A DNA stretch of 64,000 nt from Neoconidiobolus thromboides FSU 785 (taxonomy: Eukaryota; Fungi; Entomophthoromycota): NCBI GenBank assembly GCA_025603075.1, contig MU626320.1:1-64000 (forward strand). The letters run 5' to 3'. Positions within the stretch are counted from its first letter, which is position 1. Every line of letters begins with the position of its first letter. A model generated the notes under the pieces. The model was not told the origin of the DNA. It searched no databases and saw only the letters and a program-made list of their open reading frames with translations. Of this stretch, positions 23,338-35,471 are shown piece by piece. The translations under genes were made by a program, and so were the position numbers.

Positions 23338-24078
23338 ATGGAATTTTTAGGATTAAAAAAGCGATAAAGTGATAAGTGTTGGAATGGGATGGAATTTAAA
23401 GTTTTTGGTTAATATTAATAGATTAATGATTTAATTTCGAATTGTATTTCAAAAGTTCCACTTTTCAATCACATTTTAAAATTATAGGTTTTAATTGACT
23501 ATGATTTCTATCATTTACTATATAGAAAATAAGTAATAAGATTATGAATAGGAATGAATTAGTTTATCTTATTTATTGTAATATAATAAATTAAATTAAC
23601 TTTTTCTTTGTGATTTATTATTATTTACTGATTTAGTTGTAGTTTCATCTTATAAACAATAAAGATTAATTTTTGAACCTTAACGACTGTTAATAAACAG
23701 TTGTCATTTATTCTTATATGAAATACAATGTAATGCTAATAACCTTGAAGTACAACAGGTTCTATTTTTATCTTGAATTGTCATTTGAGTTCATCTCTTC
23801 TAAACTCAACTCATCTGCGATAAACCAAAGATTGTTGATAATTTAAAGATAGTTAAGTATATCATATAATAATAAAAACAATATAAATGTCGAAATAGAA
23901 TAAAACGTAAATTTGTATATTATAAGCAATCTAAAAATTTTAATAAACTTTGTTTTTTTAAAAATCAAGATACATACCCATAATAAGTAGAAGGCTTAAA
24001 TTTCATTATTTCAATAAATCATTTTTAAGTATAGATTTTATTTTAAGAAAATCAGATTTGACCAAAATTTTCGAACTC

Positions 24079-24087
24079 GCACGTGGG
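24079..24087 (+). promoter_or_regulatory. Pho4/NUC-1-type bHLH site GCACGTGGG in the divergent phnZ/phnY promoter
   Basis: Exact match to the yeast high-affinity Pho4 site in otherwise GC-poor DNA. Confidence 0.5.
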
Positions 24088-24389
24088 TTCAAATTGAATA
24101 TAGTTGGCTAAAAGCTAACATTTATTTGATTATTATATTCAAATATATACAAAGCAAATATTATCAGACCATTTAAATAATTGTTCTGCTGGATTGTGAT
24201 TGCTTAAAACGGTTCTTATGATATCAACACAGTAGACTTTTTATGAAGAAAATTGACAGCTATATAAAAGTATATAAGTAGATAAATTTTGTTTTAATTA
24301 GACTTCAACTTTAAAGTAATTAAAAGCAACTAAAAGTAAGTTCATACTTCATTTTATAATTTAATTTAATTGATCTTTCATCTTAGTAA

Positions 24390-25294
24390 ATGGATTTCTT
24401 AAACACTAATTATATCTTATCTAAAGAAGACAAGGAATTTTATGACCGTGAAGGTTATTTAGTTCTTAAAGATTTCTTAAACCAATCGGGTAAAGAATTA
24501 TTAGTTGAAGGGTGTAAAGAAATCAGTAATTGGCCCGAGGAAAAAGGAAAGTGGATGCATTATTTTGAAAAAGATAATGAAACTGGAAAAAGGAAATTAT
24601 GTCGTACTGAAAACTTTACTCCTTACTCATCAACGGTCGCCCAATTTGTGTCTGGCCAACGTGTATCCAGTCTTTTAGAACAAGTGTTTAACGAGCCTTA
24701 TGTTATCTTTAAAGAAAAGTTAAACTATAAGTTGCCAGGTGGAAATGGATTCCCAGGTAAATCAATTTAGGTTGTTTTATTCATTATTTTGATTTTTTGT
24801 TAGCTCATCAGGATTTCACCACCTTTACTCACCTTGGACAAAGTACTCATGTTACCGTTTTATACGCTGTAGATAAGATGACCGTTGCTAATGGTTGTTT
24901 ACAATTAGTACCTAAATCACATGTACTCGGTACATTGCCAATGGAAGAGGATACCACCTTAGCTAAAGAATGGTGTGAAAAACAAAATTGGGTTCATATT
25001 GAAGCTGAAGTTGTAAGCTCAATTAATTTCATCTTTCCTTTTTTATTAATAAATTTACAGGGTGATGTAGTTGTATTTGGATCTTACTTAGCTCATAGAT
25101 CGGATAAGAACACTACTAATACATCTCGTAAAGCTTTATACCTTACTTATAACCCAGCTAAAGAGGGATCGGTTCACGAAGAATATTATAAATCCAAACG
25201 TGAACACTTTCCACCACCTATTGAAAGAGTAGAGGGTAAAGATTACTCCGTTGGTGCTCAAATGTATAACTTGGCCACCCCTATAGAAAACTAA
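24390..25294 (+). CDS. phnY: PhyH-family Fe(II)/2-oxoglutarate dioxygenase, PhnY*/TmpA-like; exons 24390-24756, 24804-25012, 25061-25294, 269 aa
   Basis: KEKLNYKLPGGNGFP|AHQD (HxD), NGCLQLVPKSH, GDVVVFGSYLAHRS, RKALYLTYN, EEYYKSKREHFPP. Confidence 0.82.
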
Positions 25295-26465
25295 AATAGC
25301 TTAGCTCAATTAGTACAAAACGATTTACTTTAGTAAATTTTAATCAATTTGATCCTTTTCATTTCATCATTTATTTTTCAATAACTTGAATCTTCGTGAG
25401 TTAATCTTGTTTACTATTTTCTATATTAATTGTAAAAATTGAACATCTATATATAATATAACTTTATTTGATTTTTCATTAATTGTTTACAATCTACTAT
25501 TTAATATTTAATAAAAGTTATTTCAAAGTGACATCAATTCAATGTTTATTATAGAATGATAGTTATTGAATCAACTTTTATATCTTCTACTAATATCTTA
25601 ATTTTAATTTCACTTCATTTTTAATTATCCCTGAATTTGATGATTATTTGATCATGAACTTTAAAATCAGTAAATCCCAACCAAAAAGAATGTTGAATCA
25701 ATAAAAAAGTGATTAATATTAACTTATAGAGAATAAGTATTCTAAACCATTTTTAGCCTGGAATGTTAGGTTTGATATTCTGTAAAGTAAAACACTTACT
25801 TCAATGTTAGGACCAACTTAAAGTCAAGTTAGAGTAAGTATTATATGATTTCCATACATATAAAAGTTTATTAATAATACTTTTCAATGAATAAAAATGG
25901 GTATTTTTGTTGGAATTCTCTTGATTTGGATTCTAATTTGCCCTTGAATGATATTTTTAGAAATTTTTAAAGTATATCTATAATTAGTTTCTATAATGAA
26001 AACAAAGTTTTCATAGAATGTCATAGTCATGACAAGAAGTGTAAATGTTAAAAGTTAGTTCAAACTTTTAACAAAATTTGTTTAAGTTTTTTTAAAACAA
26101 TCTGAAATGTTGAAGTTATTACTATTAAAGCAAAACAGATTAAGTAAAATTTAAACTTTTAAAATAATGGATTTATACAAAGGTTTAAATTGTAGTTATA
26201 CCTTTTTTGAATCCTCTATTATTAAAATAGTGGTTTGAATATCTTGTATGATTTTTGATAAAATTATAAAAAAATGATTCATAGTGAATTTGGATGTATA
26301 TATTATTTACTTATATTCATTTATCAACTTTTAACGCAATATGTCGATTTAAAGTGTAGCTTTTAATCACACGGCCCAATAAATAATAATAATAACAAAC
26401 TTTAAAATGTTTAGTCGTAGTTATAGAACATCGTCAAATGAAATATAATTTTATTAGAGTTAGTA

Positions 26466-27023
26466 TTAACAAAGAAATTCGTCGGTTAGAATAGAAGGTG
26501 TAAGTGTAATATAAATAGTTCCTTGAGGGACTTCGGGGATATAACCATAGTAAATGATGGAATCAAATCCTTTTTTTCTAATATCTTCACGAAAAGTATC
26601 ACAAACAAGAGATAACACATTTAATATCTGAACCTCATCTTGATGGTGTTTGATATTAAGCCAGCTTTTAGCTTTATTTTTGAAACTAATGAATCTCCTA
26701 TTAGTTTTAATTTTATCATTGATTTTCGATATCATGGTGGGTGTTTTTTTGGAAAATACAGTGGAACTATGATTAAAGTCACATAAAAAATTCTTTTGTG
26801 TATCCGAACTGGTATCTGAATCAAGGTTCGTATAACTGGGATCTAAAAACTTATGATCATTCATAATACTAGTGCGGGTAGCCTCAATTTCATATAGCAT
26901 AAAAGTAATCTCATCAATAAGGTCCTTTACTATTAACATTTCTTCATACCGCTGATTACTTTTTGGATGTAGTATTTTAACTACTTTAGCACGCTTCTTT
27001 TTGCTAAATAACATTTTTCCCAT
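26466..27023 (-). CDS. Hypothetical protein, 185 aa
   Basis: Long ATG-initiated ORF in very AT-rich DNA; no recognised motif. Confidence 0.6.
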   Translation of the reverse strand: MGKMLFSKKKRAKVVKILHPKSNQRYEEMLIVKDLIDEITFMLYEIEATRTSIMNDHKFLDPSYTNLDSDTSSDTQKNFLCDFNHSSTVFSKKTPTMISKINDKIKTNRRFISFKNKAKSWLNIKHHQDEVQILNVLSLVCDTFREDIRKKGFDSIIYYGYIPEVPQGTIYITLTPSILTDEFLC

Positions 27024-29423
27024 TTACATAAATTTAATAAAAATAACAAAAAAATAGAAATAAATACTCAAAACGATTATTTATATACTTTTAGGGATAA
27101 TACTCTTTTGATCATAAGTTGTGTTTATTATTTTAAGTTTAGAAATAATAGATTGCTGAGTTGCAGCAAAATTATTTTTACTTAATTTGTTAACAATATT
27201 TTAGTTTAAAAGCTAGATTGAATTTGTGCTTGAAAAAAGAATGGTAAATTAACTTAAGAATATTAACGATAGATTAAATATATTTGATATATTATACTAT
27301 TTTTAATTAATGATTAAAGGTTAAACATATTCAGATAATTAATATACTTGGCTATTTTCAATCTCTTTCGTTGTTAGGAAAAACAAAGATATTTAATTAA
27401 ATTAAAAATCTTATTAATGTTTATATAGAACCATAATTTATTAAGCACAATCAAGGATCGTTTAATTGTTCTATGGTTACTAAATTAAGCCAAGTCATCA
27501 TATAATATCTAGTTTTCTGGTAATAAATAATCTGTCTTTACTTAAAATATGCTTTTATACCAAAGTAAATAAACTCGATTAAGTAAGATAATAGACAAAC
27601 ATGTCATCAGTTAATGATAGTATTCAAACTTGAGCTTAAGCTAATCGTCGAAAAATAATCATAATATACTTTACTTCTTCTGTGCATTTCAGTTTAAGTC
27701 ACAAAAGTGTGCATTGCGCCTTCTATTTTGCGTTTTGTTGTTTTAGCTTTAGTTTTTATAAGACAGTTATAATTTAAAGTGAAATCATTACCTTGGCTGC
27801 AAGTTTAAAGTTGGGATTTGAATTTAAATTATGATTGTACAAATTTGAATGGGATTTCTTATAAAATACTATAATAAATCTATTAAATATAATGAATTAA
27901 TAGAATAAACAGTTTGTACATGGAGGTAAAGCTTTGGAGTTTATAAACAATAAAAATGTATGTTATTCTCAAGGATACTGGTTCAATTTCTAGATATCAT
28001 TATGTTTAACCTTAATTTATTCTTTAGATTTCTTAAACTATTCAAAACTAAGGCTTTTGGGTCCTTTGAAGATATTGTGAATTCTTCTTTTGATCATAGT
28101 GGTTGTATTACCCTTTTAAAAGCTATTTTTAAGCGTAGAAGAGCTTGGTTGTTACCACGATAAATAAAATATACTCTTGTATTATAAGATAAACGTCCAT
28201 TCTTAAATTTTAGCAGATTGGAGTACTATTTTTATATAATACTTTGTCCATTTTTTAAACAGCTTAAATTATAAAAAAAAAGTAAGATCTTTAAATAAAA
28301 AACATACTATATAAACTACAAAATAAGCTTTGATATAACTCTATTTTATTTTAGGGGTCAAATTTTAAGATTATAAGTATTTATTATATTTCTAGAAAAC
28401 TGAATAATCATATCTTAATGTATATGATAAAGTAATTATTATATCGAATATTTTAATATAAAACCTAAAGCTTTAACCTTTTATTAACGAATTAATTAAA
28501 ATGGTATTTATAAACATTATGAAAGCATACTGTCAAATTTTATTTACTTTAGCTTTTATACTATTTTTAAACAACACATATATCTCCTTTGTGTTTTTTC
28601 TTTACCGCCCATGCTCTATCCTTTATATACATATATTATAAAGAGTTATGGCGCCTGTAAAGAAAACAATAACTGAAAATAAATTACTACTGAGTTTAAA
28701 TTTATTAGCATTTTTAGTTTAATTAAAAGTTTAAATTAGTATATAAAACTTAGTAAAATAGGATAAATATAGTAAATAACATTGCTTTATTTCATTTGAT
28801 ACTGTTATTTCTTATGACATGGTTATTGATATGAATGGACGATAGAATTATTTTGCTATTTTTGAAGTGGCCATAATTTTTCTCTCCATTACTTTTTTCC
28901 TCAAGTATTTAGTAAATTTAGGTAATTATTCTATTATTTCAGCCTGGTGGTACTTATTAGCATATAACATAGCTAAGTATTATTCATGTAATATAATATT
29001 GGTATAAAGTATCATACAAAACTAACATTTTTAAAAATCTAGAATTATTCTTTGTATTCAAAATCAGCTTTTATACTGATATTATTGTCTATGAGGATAT
29101 TTGGAATAATGGTTCTTCTGGTATTGATTTATTACGGAATTTAAATATAGGAAATAATGCAAAAATTGCTTTACTCAAATCTATCCAAACTCTAAAAGTT
29201 GAGTCAGATCTAAACACTAATATGCAGAAAAGGTTTGATATTGTATTTTATATTAGATTTTCAATGTTATAACTCCTTTGATCATAAAAAAGTGTAATTG
29301 AAGTAGAAATTTGATTAAACAAAAGCAATGAAGCTTATTTTTATCCAACTATTTTTTATTTTATTAGTTTTTTATTTTTTATTAGTATTTTATTGTTTTT
29401 GGATTAGTAAAGGAATAAAAGTC

Positions 29424-31259
29424 TTATTTAGTAACTTTCTTGACAGAGTGAGGGATGGATTGCTTTAAGGGACTGATGCTACTTGCTTTGGCACCTTTCT
29501 TTTCGGCATTGGCTTTTTTGAATGAGTCGAGATCTGGGAATTTTTTAAGAATTTCTTGCAATTTAGGGTTAATATCTAAAGTGAGGGAATCTTTGTCTGG
29601 GCGGTAGTAAAGATAAGCCCAGAATTTTTCAAGTCCATAAAGTTCACCACGTTCGTAGTCGATTAAAGTCATCTCTTGGAAGTCTTTAAAGATATGAGCG
29701 CGGTATTTCTTTTCAAGTCCATAAGAATAGAAACGGAAGAGGCACTCAAGACCATAATGATAGTTGGCTTCAGCATCCTCAAGTGCTAATCTCTTGAATT
29801 CGCGGTACATCTTTTTGTTGAAATGCTTACGTAAGAAGTGAGACCAGAAGCGGAAAAGCGTATTCATTTCTTGAGAATGTCCAGCTCCTAAACGCTTACG
29901 CTCTTTGATAGCTTTATCATGGAAGCGATAGAATTTATGTTGTCTAAAGTTGTTTTCACGTAAAAGTTCATGACTTGGGTGCTCAAAAGCAGGGAATGAT
30001 TTTCCATAAGATGCTGCCATTGATCCATCGTTACCAAAACTCTTACCATAACTTCCATAACTTTTGGAGAAGGAGGAAGGTGGAGTCGCTGCTTCTGGAT
30101 CATGAGGTTCAGTTCCCATTACCCAACCAACAGGGTTTTCAGCACCATGACGACGAGTATCGCGATGTTTAATAGCGTGGGCTTGTGACCCGGCGCCCAA
30201 TGAACTTCCAAGAGGGGGAACGTTGGGGCCTTGGTCTCTGACGGGAATAAACTTTGGTGAGAAGAATTGATTACGCTTGGATTTACGTGGTACTTTTTTA
30301 ACTTTGGCAACGTCGCTCATAGAGAGAGTAGATTGAATTTTTTGGAATTCATCTTCATTTACAGTGTCTACTTTGATGTTACTTGGCTTATCGGTAGGAG
30401 CAGGTGCTTTTTTATGAATGTCCTTTTGATAATAGTATAATCCGTCTTTAATAATTTGGTTAAATTCATCATTGATAGCTTTACGCTCATAAGCGACATG
30501 AGGGCGGTCACGTCTACGTTGAGTAACAATAATAAGTGAAGATACTTGTTCATCAGTAATATCTTCATCACTGGTATACTCATCATCGGAATGATGATAC
30601 TTAGCAATATTGCTAGAAGAGAGCTCCTCATCCAGTTGAAATAAGTCGTCGTCATCAGTACTTTTAAACTTAGGGTTGATTGCTGGAGAGTTGGTTGCAC
30701 TATGCTGACCAGTTTTACGATACGCACCAGGGCGAATAGCTGGTGAGAGTGGAGCATAGGTTTTAAATGATGGAGTACTTTGTTGAGGCTCCTCAATTAT
30801 TACCTTTGATTGTTTGGATACAGAACGTGAACTCTTACCATTTTCAGGGTACAACCATTGCTCCCAATCATGCTTAACACGAACAGCCATGTCTTTTACA
30901 TCGAGTATTTTGCTTTGCTTGAGTACCATATGAACAAAAGCAACATCAGAACAAAGCTTGGTGATACGAGGAAAGCTGACAATTAAACTAAGAGGCACAT
31001 AACCTTTGCTGTCCATTTGCTTACGGAAATACACATCACGGCAAAGATTAGTAGTGCTAAAATACCACTCAACTTGCTTACGAATAGAAAACATGAGTTC
31101 CTCTAAATTAGTTGGGAAAGGAAGTTCAGGTGGAACATCGCCACCAGGCATACGTTTTTTTGTTTCAGCATTGTTGACTCCTACTTTAGCAGCAGCACTA
31201 TATGGAGTGCTTGTAGCAGAATTAAGGGCAGGGCTTAATGGGGTTTCAACAGATGCCAT
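29424..31259 (-). CDS. LARP1: La-related protein 1 (La motif plus DM15 repeats), 611 aa
   Basis: [31 protein letters not shown]; [53 protein letters not shown]. Confidence 0.95.
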   Translation of the reverse strand: MASVETPLSPALNSATSTPYSAAAKVGVNNAETKKRMPGGDVPPELPFPTNLEELMFSIRKQVEWYFSTTNLCRDVYFRKQMDSKGYVPLSLIVSFPRITKLCSDVAFVHMVLKQSKILDVKDMAVRVKHDWEQWLYPENGKSSRSVSKQSKVIIEEPQQSTPSFKTYAPLSPAIRPGAYRKTGQHSATNSPAINPKFKSTDDDDLFQLDEELSSSNIAKYHHSDDEYTSDEDITDEQVSSLIIVTQRRRDRPHVAYERKAINDEFNQIIKDGLYYYQKDIHKKAPAPTDKPSNIKVDTVNEDEFQKIQSTLSMSDVAKVKKVPRKSKRNQFFSPKFIPVRDQGPNVPPLGSSLGAGSQAHAIKHRDTRRHGAENPVGWVMGTEPHDPEAATPPSSFSKSYGSYGKSFGNDGSMAASYGKSFPAFEHPSHELLRENNFRQHKFYRFHDKAIKERKRLGAGHSQEMNTLFRFWSHFLRKHFNKKMYREFKRLALEDAEANYHYGLECLFRFYSYGLEKKYRAHIFKDFQEMTLIDYERGELYGLEKFWAYLYYRPDKDSLTLDINPKLQEILKKFPDLDSFKKANAEKKGAKASSISPLKQSIPHSVKKVTK

Positions 31260-33581
31260 TGATAAATAGTAAAATATCTTCTTTGAGTAAAATTAAATAA
31301 TATTTAAATGAAACCTTTAAAGGCTTTATATACCAATCCCAAATCATCAGATTTTTTTGAATTATGAGTCACTATCATATTAAATTAATTTGATTAGCTT
31401 AAAATAGCACACTGTTGGCATTAACAAATTGATCGTATTTTAAATTCCTTCTAGTAAAATCCAAACACTTTCAGTTCATATTTTAACAAAGTCAACCATT
31501 TGCTCAGTATGATCACACATTTTCTTCAAATCCACTTTAATTGGCTTTGTTATGAGGCTAATATTATGTCACTGGCCTAAAGAAGAAAGTCATTGGATTC
31601 AAATTAAAATATAACCAATCAAGCTTGAATTTTATAGTATGTTTCACTTTTGTCACTTAAACTTTGTAGATGGTTTTATTCTTAGTATGATGAGTCACCT
31701 AGGCAATTTTGTCTAATAGGTTTCAAAACTGATATTATTAGCTTTGAATTGTATTAAAATAATATTGACAAATTATAAATAAAAACAAGGCTTCAAACCC
31801 TTAACGTAGCACATGTATACAATTTTGTATATGATTTTATGTAAGAATATAGTGGTTTATTCTAAAAGTAGCACATTATGCACAAGAAAATAATAGCATC
31901 AGTAATAAGCTTTAGAGCGAAATGAGATTTATGGACGACATATTTTTTTTATAGCTTGGTATCTTCTAAAGCTGAAGTTGAATTTTAAGCACAAATGATC
32001 TCAAAACATGTAGTTTGACTATAGGAAATTATTGGGCGGAAATGAAAGATTTACTAAACTTATTGATTTCATTAGATAAAGAACTCATTTTTAATTTTTA
32101 ATTTCTAATTCAAATTTTAAGTTAACAGAACAGCTCATGAAATTAAAATAAAGCTTAGAATCAAACTAACTTTATACTCAATTACATTTATTTTCAATCT
32201 CACATGTAACATTTAATTATCTTTATGCTAGGCGATATTTATTAGATTCATTCCACTTATGTATAAACAAAGTACTTGAAGATAGGGGCTTTAAAGCAAA
32301 GGGCTATCTTACAACTAGAATGCAATTACTAATTGAATATCATCTAATATTTACAGTAGTATACTCATAAATATTAAAATATCATTCTAAAAATAAACAT
32401 ATTCAAATTTTTTTGTGACGTAAGTTTAATTCAAATAGAAAAGCCTTCATTTAGATATATTAAATATCCCTAATATTTGGTATATTATTATGATTTTTTT
32501 AAGAATTGTCATTAATAATATTAGCTTAAAAGATAAGCATTTTATTCTTCTAATTGTTTGGATTTGAATACTGCCACTATTTTATTGAATCAATATTTCT
32601 ATATAGCTGTCCTCTACTTTCATACTCTTGATTACGATAAGACAGCCTTAGACAAAATTTAAACTTCTTCCTATTATTTTATTGTACTTACTACTAACAA
32701 TTGAAATAATTGATTACAGTTAGAAGTCATTGAATACTGTATCATAAAATTATTACACACTTATTACACTATTCCAATATTACTAACAATTATAACTTTA
32801 ATATTTTAAAAATTTTAATTTCAGTGAATTGTTAATTGTACTAAAATTTTCAAGATATTTATATTATCATCTAAAAACTAATACTTTATCATACCTTAAT
32901 CATTTGATTGTGGACAAATCCACGACGTTTGTCGAAATTGTCAAGTATTTGACTATACGTCTTCTTAAGTAGTCTAACTCAACTTACTCAATTTACTCAA
33001 CTTGACGATTAATAAATGCAAAAAAGTATTTGGTCTTGAATTTCCAGAAAAAATAGTTATCATATCAATTATATTGAAATTTTATTTCTAAATTTTAATA
33101 GACCCTAATTGATTGAAAACTCATTATTAAAGAATAAAAATCTAATCAATTGAAATTAACCTGAATACATTAGAACATCACATTTCCTTTATCATGATAT
33201 TATTTAAACATTGAACAATCTATAACTATAATAAATTCATCAATTTTACTCATAATATAAAACAACTCTATCTCATGTAATACATAAAATACAAAGCTTG
33301 AATTTTGAGTGTACATTTATCTCCAAATTCAATCTTTGAGTTTTTTCAAAAATATTTTTCGAAAATTAAATTACTCCGCAAATTTTATCCGTGGTAAAAT
33401 ATTGTAATCTAATCTTCTTAAAATTGTAATGAAATTATTTAACCATTTATTCCATAATTAATTAAAGCAAGAACAACCGTTATTCTATAATCTATTTAAA
33501 TAAGAGCAATGATTGACCATTCTTTAGTCAATTTGATTTCTATTTAGATTAAAAAAAGAATTAAATAATTAATCAAAAAAG

Positions 33582-34463
33582 ATGCATCTGTTAAAAACAT
33601 TAACCGGAGTATTGGTAGCAAGAGCAATAAAGAATTTTCATGAAGAGGGGGTTAAAAAAGGGTATGGAAAATACAAACCCAATCAACTTGTAATTGAACA
33701 AAGTAATCAAAATAGCAACGGCACTTCGGATTCTAGGATTGTAGGCGGAGTAAAAACAAATAATCAAGAATTTCCATGGCTAGTATCTATTGGCAGTAAA
33801 TTAGTACCACATAATTGTGGTGGTACAGTAATAGGGGAAAAAGTAGTAGTTAGTGCGGCCCATTGTATCATGGGAAAAACACCTATTGAAAGTTATCATG
33901 TTAAATATGGATTAGATAAATTAGATGATCAAGAAAACGTCCAAACTTTACAAGTTTCTTCAATTATTTCTCATCCAGAATATAAAAAAGTCCCCATATT
34001 TAACTTTAACGATATTGCTATATTTATTTTAAAAGACCCGATAAAAGATTTTAAGGCCATCAGCGGTGCTGTTACTGAAGCTACTACTACAGTCGATCAA
34101 TTAGTTACAGTTGCTGGTTGGGGAGCCACTTCTTTTAATGGTGGGGCATCAAATGATTTACTTAAAGTTGATTTAAAAACTGTGAGTGCAGAAGAATGTA
34201 AAAAAACATGGCTTGTGATGGAGGATAAAACATCGATATGCGCTGAAATAAAAGAAGGAGGGAAGGATGCATGTCAAGGGGATTCTGGAGGCCCATTGAT
34301 GAGCTCAGATGAAAATGGCCAATACAAACTTTTAGGCATTGTTTCCGTTGGTAAGGGATGTGGGGATAAAGACACCCCAGGGGTTTATTCAAGAGTTTCT
34401 GCCTTTTTACCTTGGATTAAAGATGAAACTAGTAAATTGGGACTAACTACTACCTTTGGATAG
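33582..34463 (+). CDS. Trypsin-like S1 serine protease, 293 aa
   Basis: Activation site SR|IVGG; AAHC, NDIA, GDSGGP triad; Asp in the S1 pocket (KDACQG). Confidence 0.95.
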   Translation: MHLLKTLTGVLVARAIKNFHEEGVKKGYGKYKPNQLVIEQSNQNSNGTSDSRIVGGVKTNNQEFPWLVSIGSKLVPHNCGGTVIGEKVVVSAAHCIMGKTPIESYHVKYGLDKLDDQENVQTLQVSSIISHPEYKKVPIFNFNDIAIFILKDPIKDFKAISGAVTEATTTVDQLVTVAGWGATSFNGGASNDLLKVDLKTVSAEECKKTWLVMEDKTSICAEIKEGGKDACQGDSGGPLMSSDENGQYKLLGIVSVGKGCGDKDTPGVYSRVSAFLPWIKDETSKLGLTTTFG

Positions 34464-34614
34464 TTATCTGTATATAATTTGTCATCAATAAAATGTTAAT
34501 CAACTTTTTATAATATCATACTTTTGATCTTTTGATTTGAATTTCAATTATAATATAATGTTTAAAGTATAAAAAATTAGTTATTTTTATAAAAGAGACC
34601 AATTGTCAATATAT

Positions 34615-34708
34615 GAGGGTGTTTTTATGGTTCCATCACTTTCTCCATTTTTTAAGCGCTGTTTAAGTGAAAAAGCTATCAATAAAACTCTTAAAAAAAG
34701 ACATCCCC
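34615..34708 (-). mobile_element. ~97-bp MITE copy
   Basis: Reverse orientation, ends ACATCCCC. Confidence 0.75.
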
Positions 34709-35121
34709 CTCTATATTATAATAGATGCAAGACCAAGGTCCAAAGACATTTGAAAAGAATTTTTAGAGTTACGATTAATATTTTCCAAATACACGTTTCC
34801 TTACCACTAAACATTTTTTGAAGTTTGTTTTGCGATACTTAGTAGGTTTGAGATCTCAATTTAAGTTGCATCAAAATCCAAGCTTTGAAATTCTATCTGT
34901 TCCTTTCTTAAATCAAAAATTTTGATTACATTGTGACTTTATAAGTTCTATTAAATTATATATTAAAATAATAAAGATTAAGAATATTTGTATACCCTGA
35001 TATTCATATTTAATAGTAATAAAATCATATAAATTTAAACTTTTAAACTATTGCAATTAAAAATCATTATTTCAATATTTTGGATGGTTAAATTTAGTTA
35101 CCTCAGTTAGTTATGTTTTAG

Positions 35122-35471
35122 CTACCAAAGGCGATCACCATTAAGTACGACCATATAGGGTGTATAAAAACACTTTTCTAAAGCATCATACCCTTGATAA
35201 ATTTCGTCATATTTATCTTCAAATTCTTGAGCATTTCTGAGTATTTCACTAAGTAGATTAAAACTACCTTGGCCTTACTGTAAAATATCACCTCCTTCAT
35301 AACTTCTATTGAATTTACCCGCACTATGAGCAGAATTCAATGCTACCAAAAAGTCTGTAATTGTACATTTTTTCTAAAGCATTCTCACTTGAATCGCCCG
35401 CATTTATAAATAAATAAAGACTGGAAGAAGAAATAGTGGTAATGAATAAAACAATACGAAGTCAACTCTAT
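35122..35471 (-). pseudogene. Decayed KEP-family peptide precursor
   Basis: ATA for ATG, two frameshifts, one stop; IVLFITTISSSSL...ENALEK(C)...FNRSYEGGDILQ*...DALEK(C)FYTPYMVVLNGDRLW. Confidence 0.75.

Noticed and set aside
24086-24096. GGTTCAAAT B-box-like motif suggesting a tRNA
   Set aside because: No cloverleaf, acceptor stem or A-box can be formed; I found no convincing tRNA or rRNA gene in the window.
22615-25294. Bacterial contamination as the source of the phnZ/phnY-like genes
   Set aside because: Both genes have canonical spliceosomal introns and host-like AT content.
27960-28163. 67-aa ORF (also 14542-, 18085+, 40736-, 51104-, 58791+)
   Set aside because: Short, compositionally biased, mostly non-ATG starts, no motif; expected by chance.
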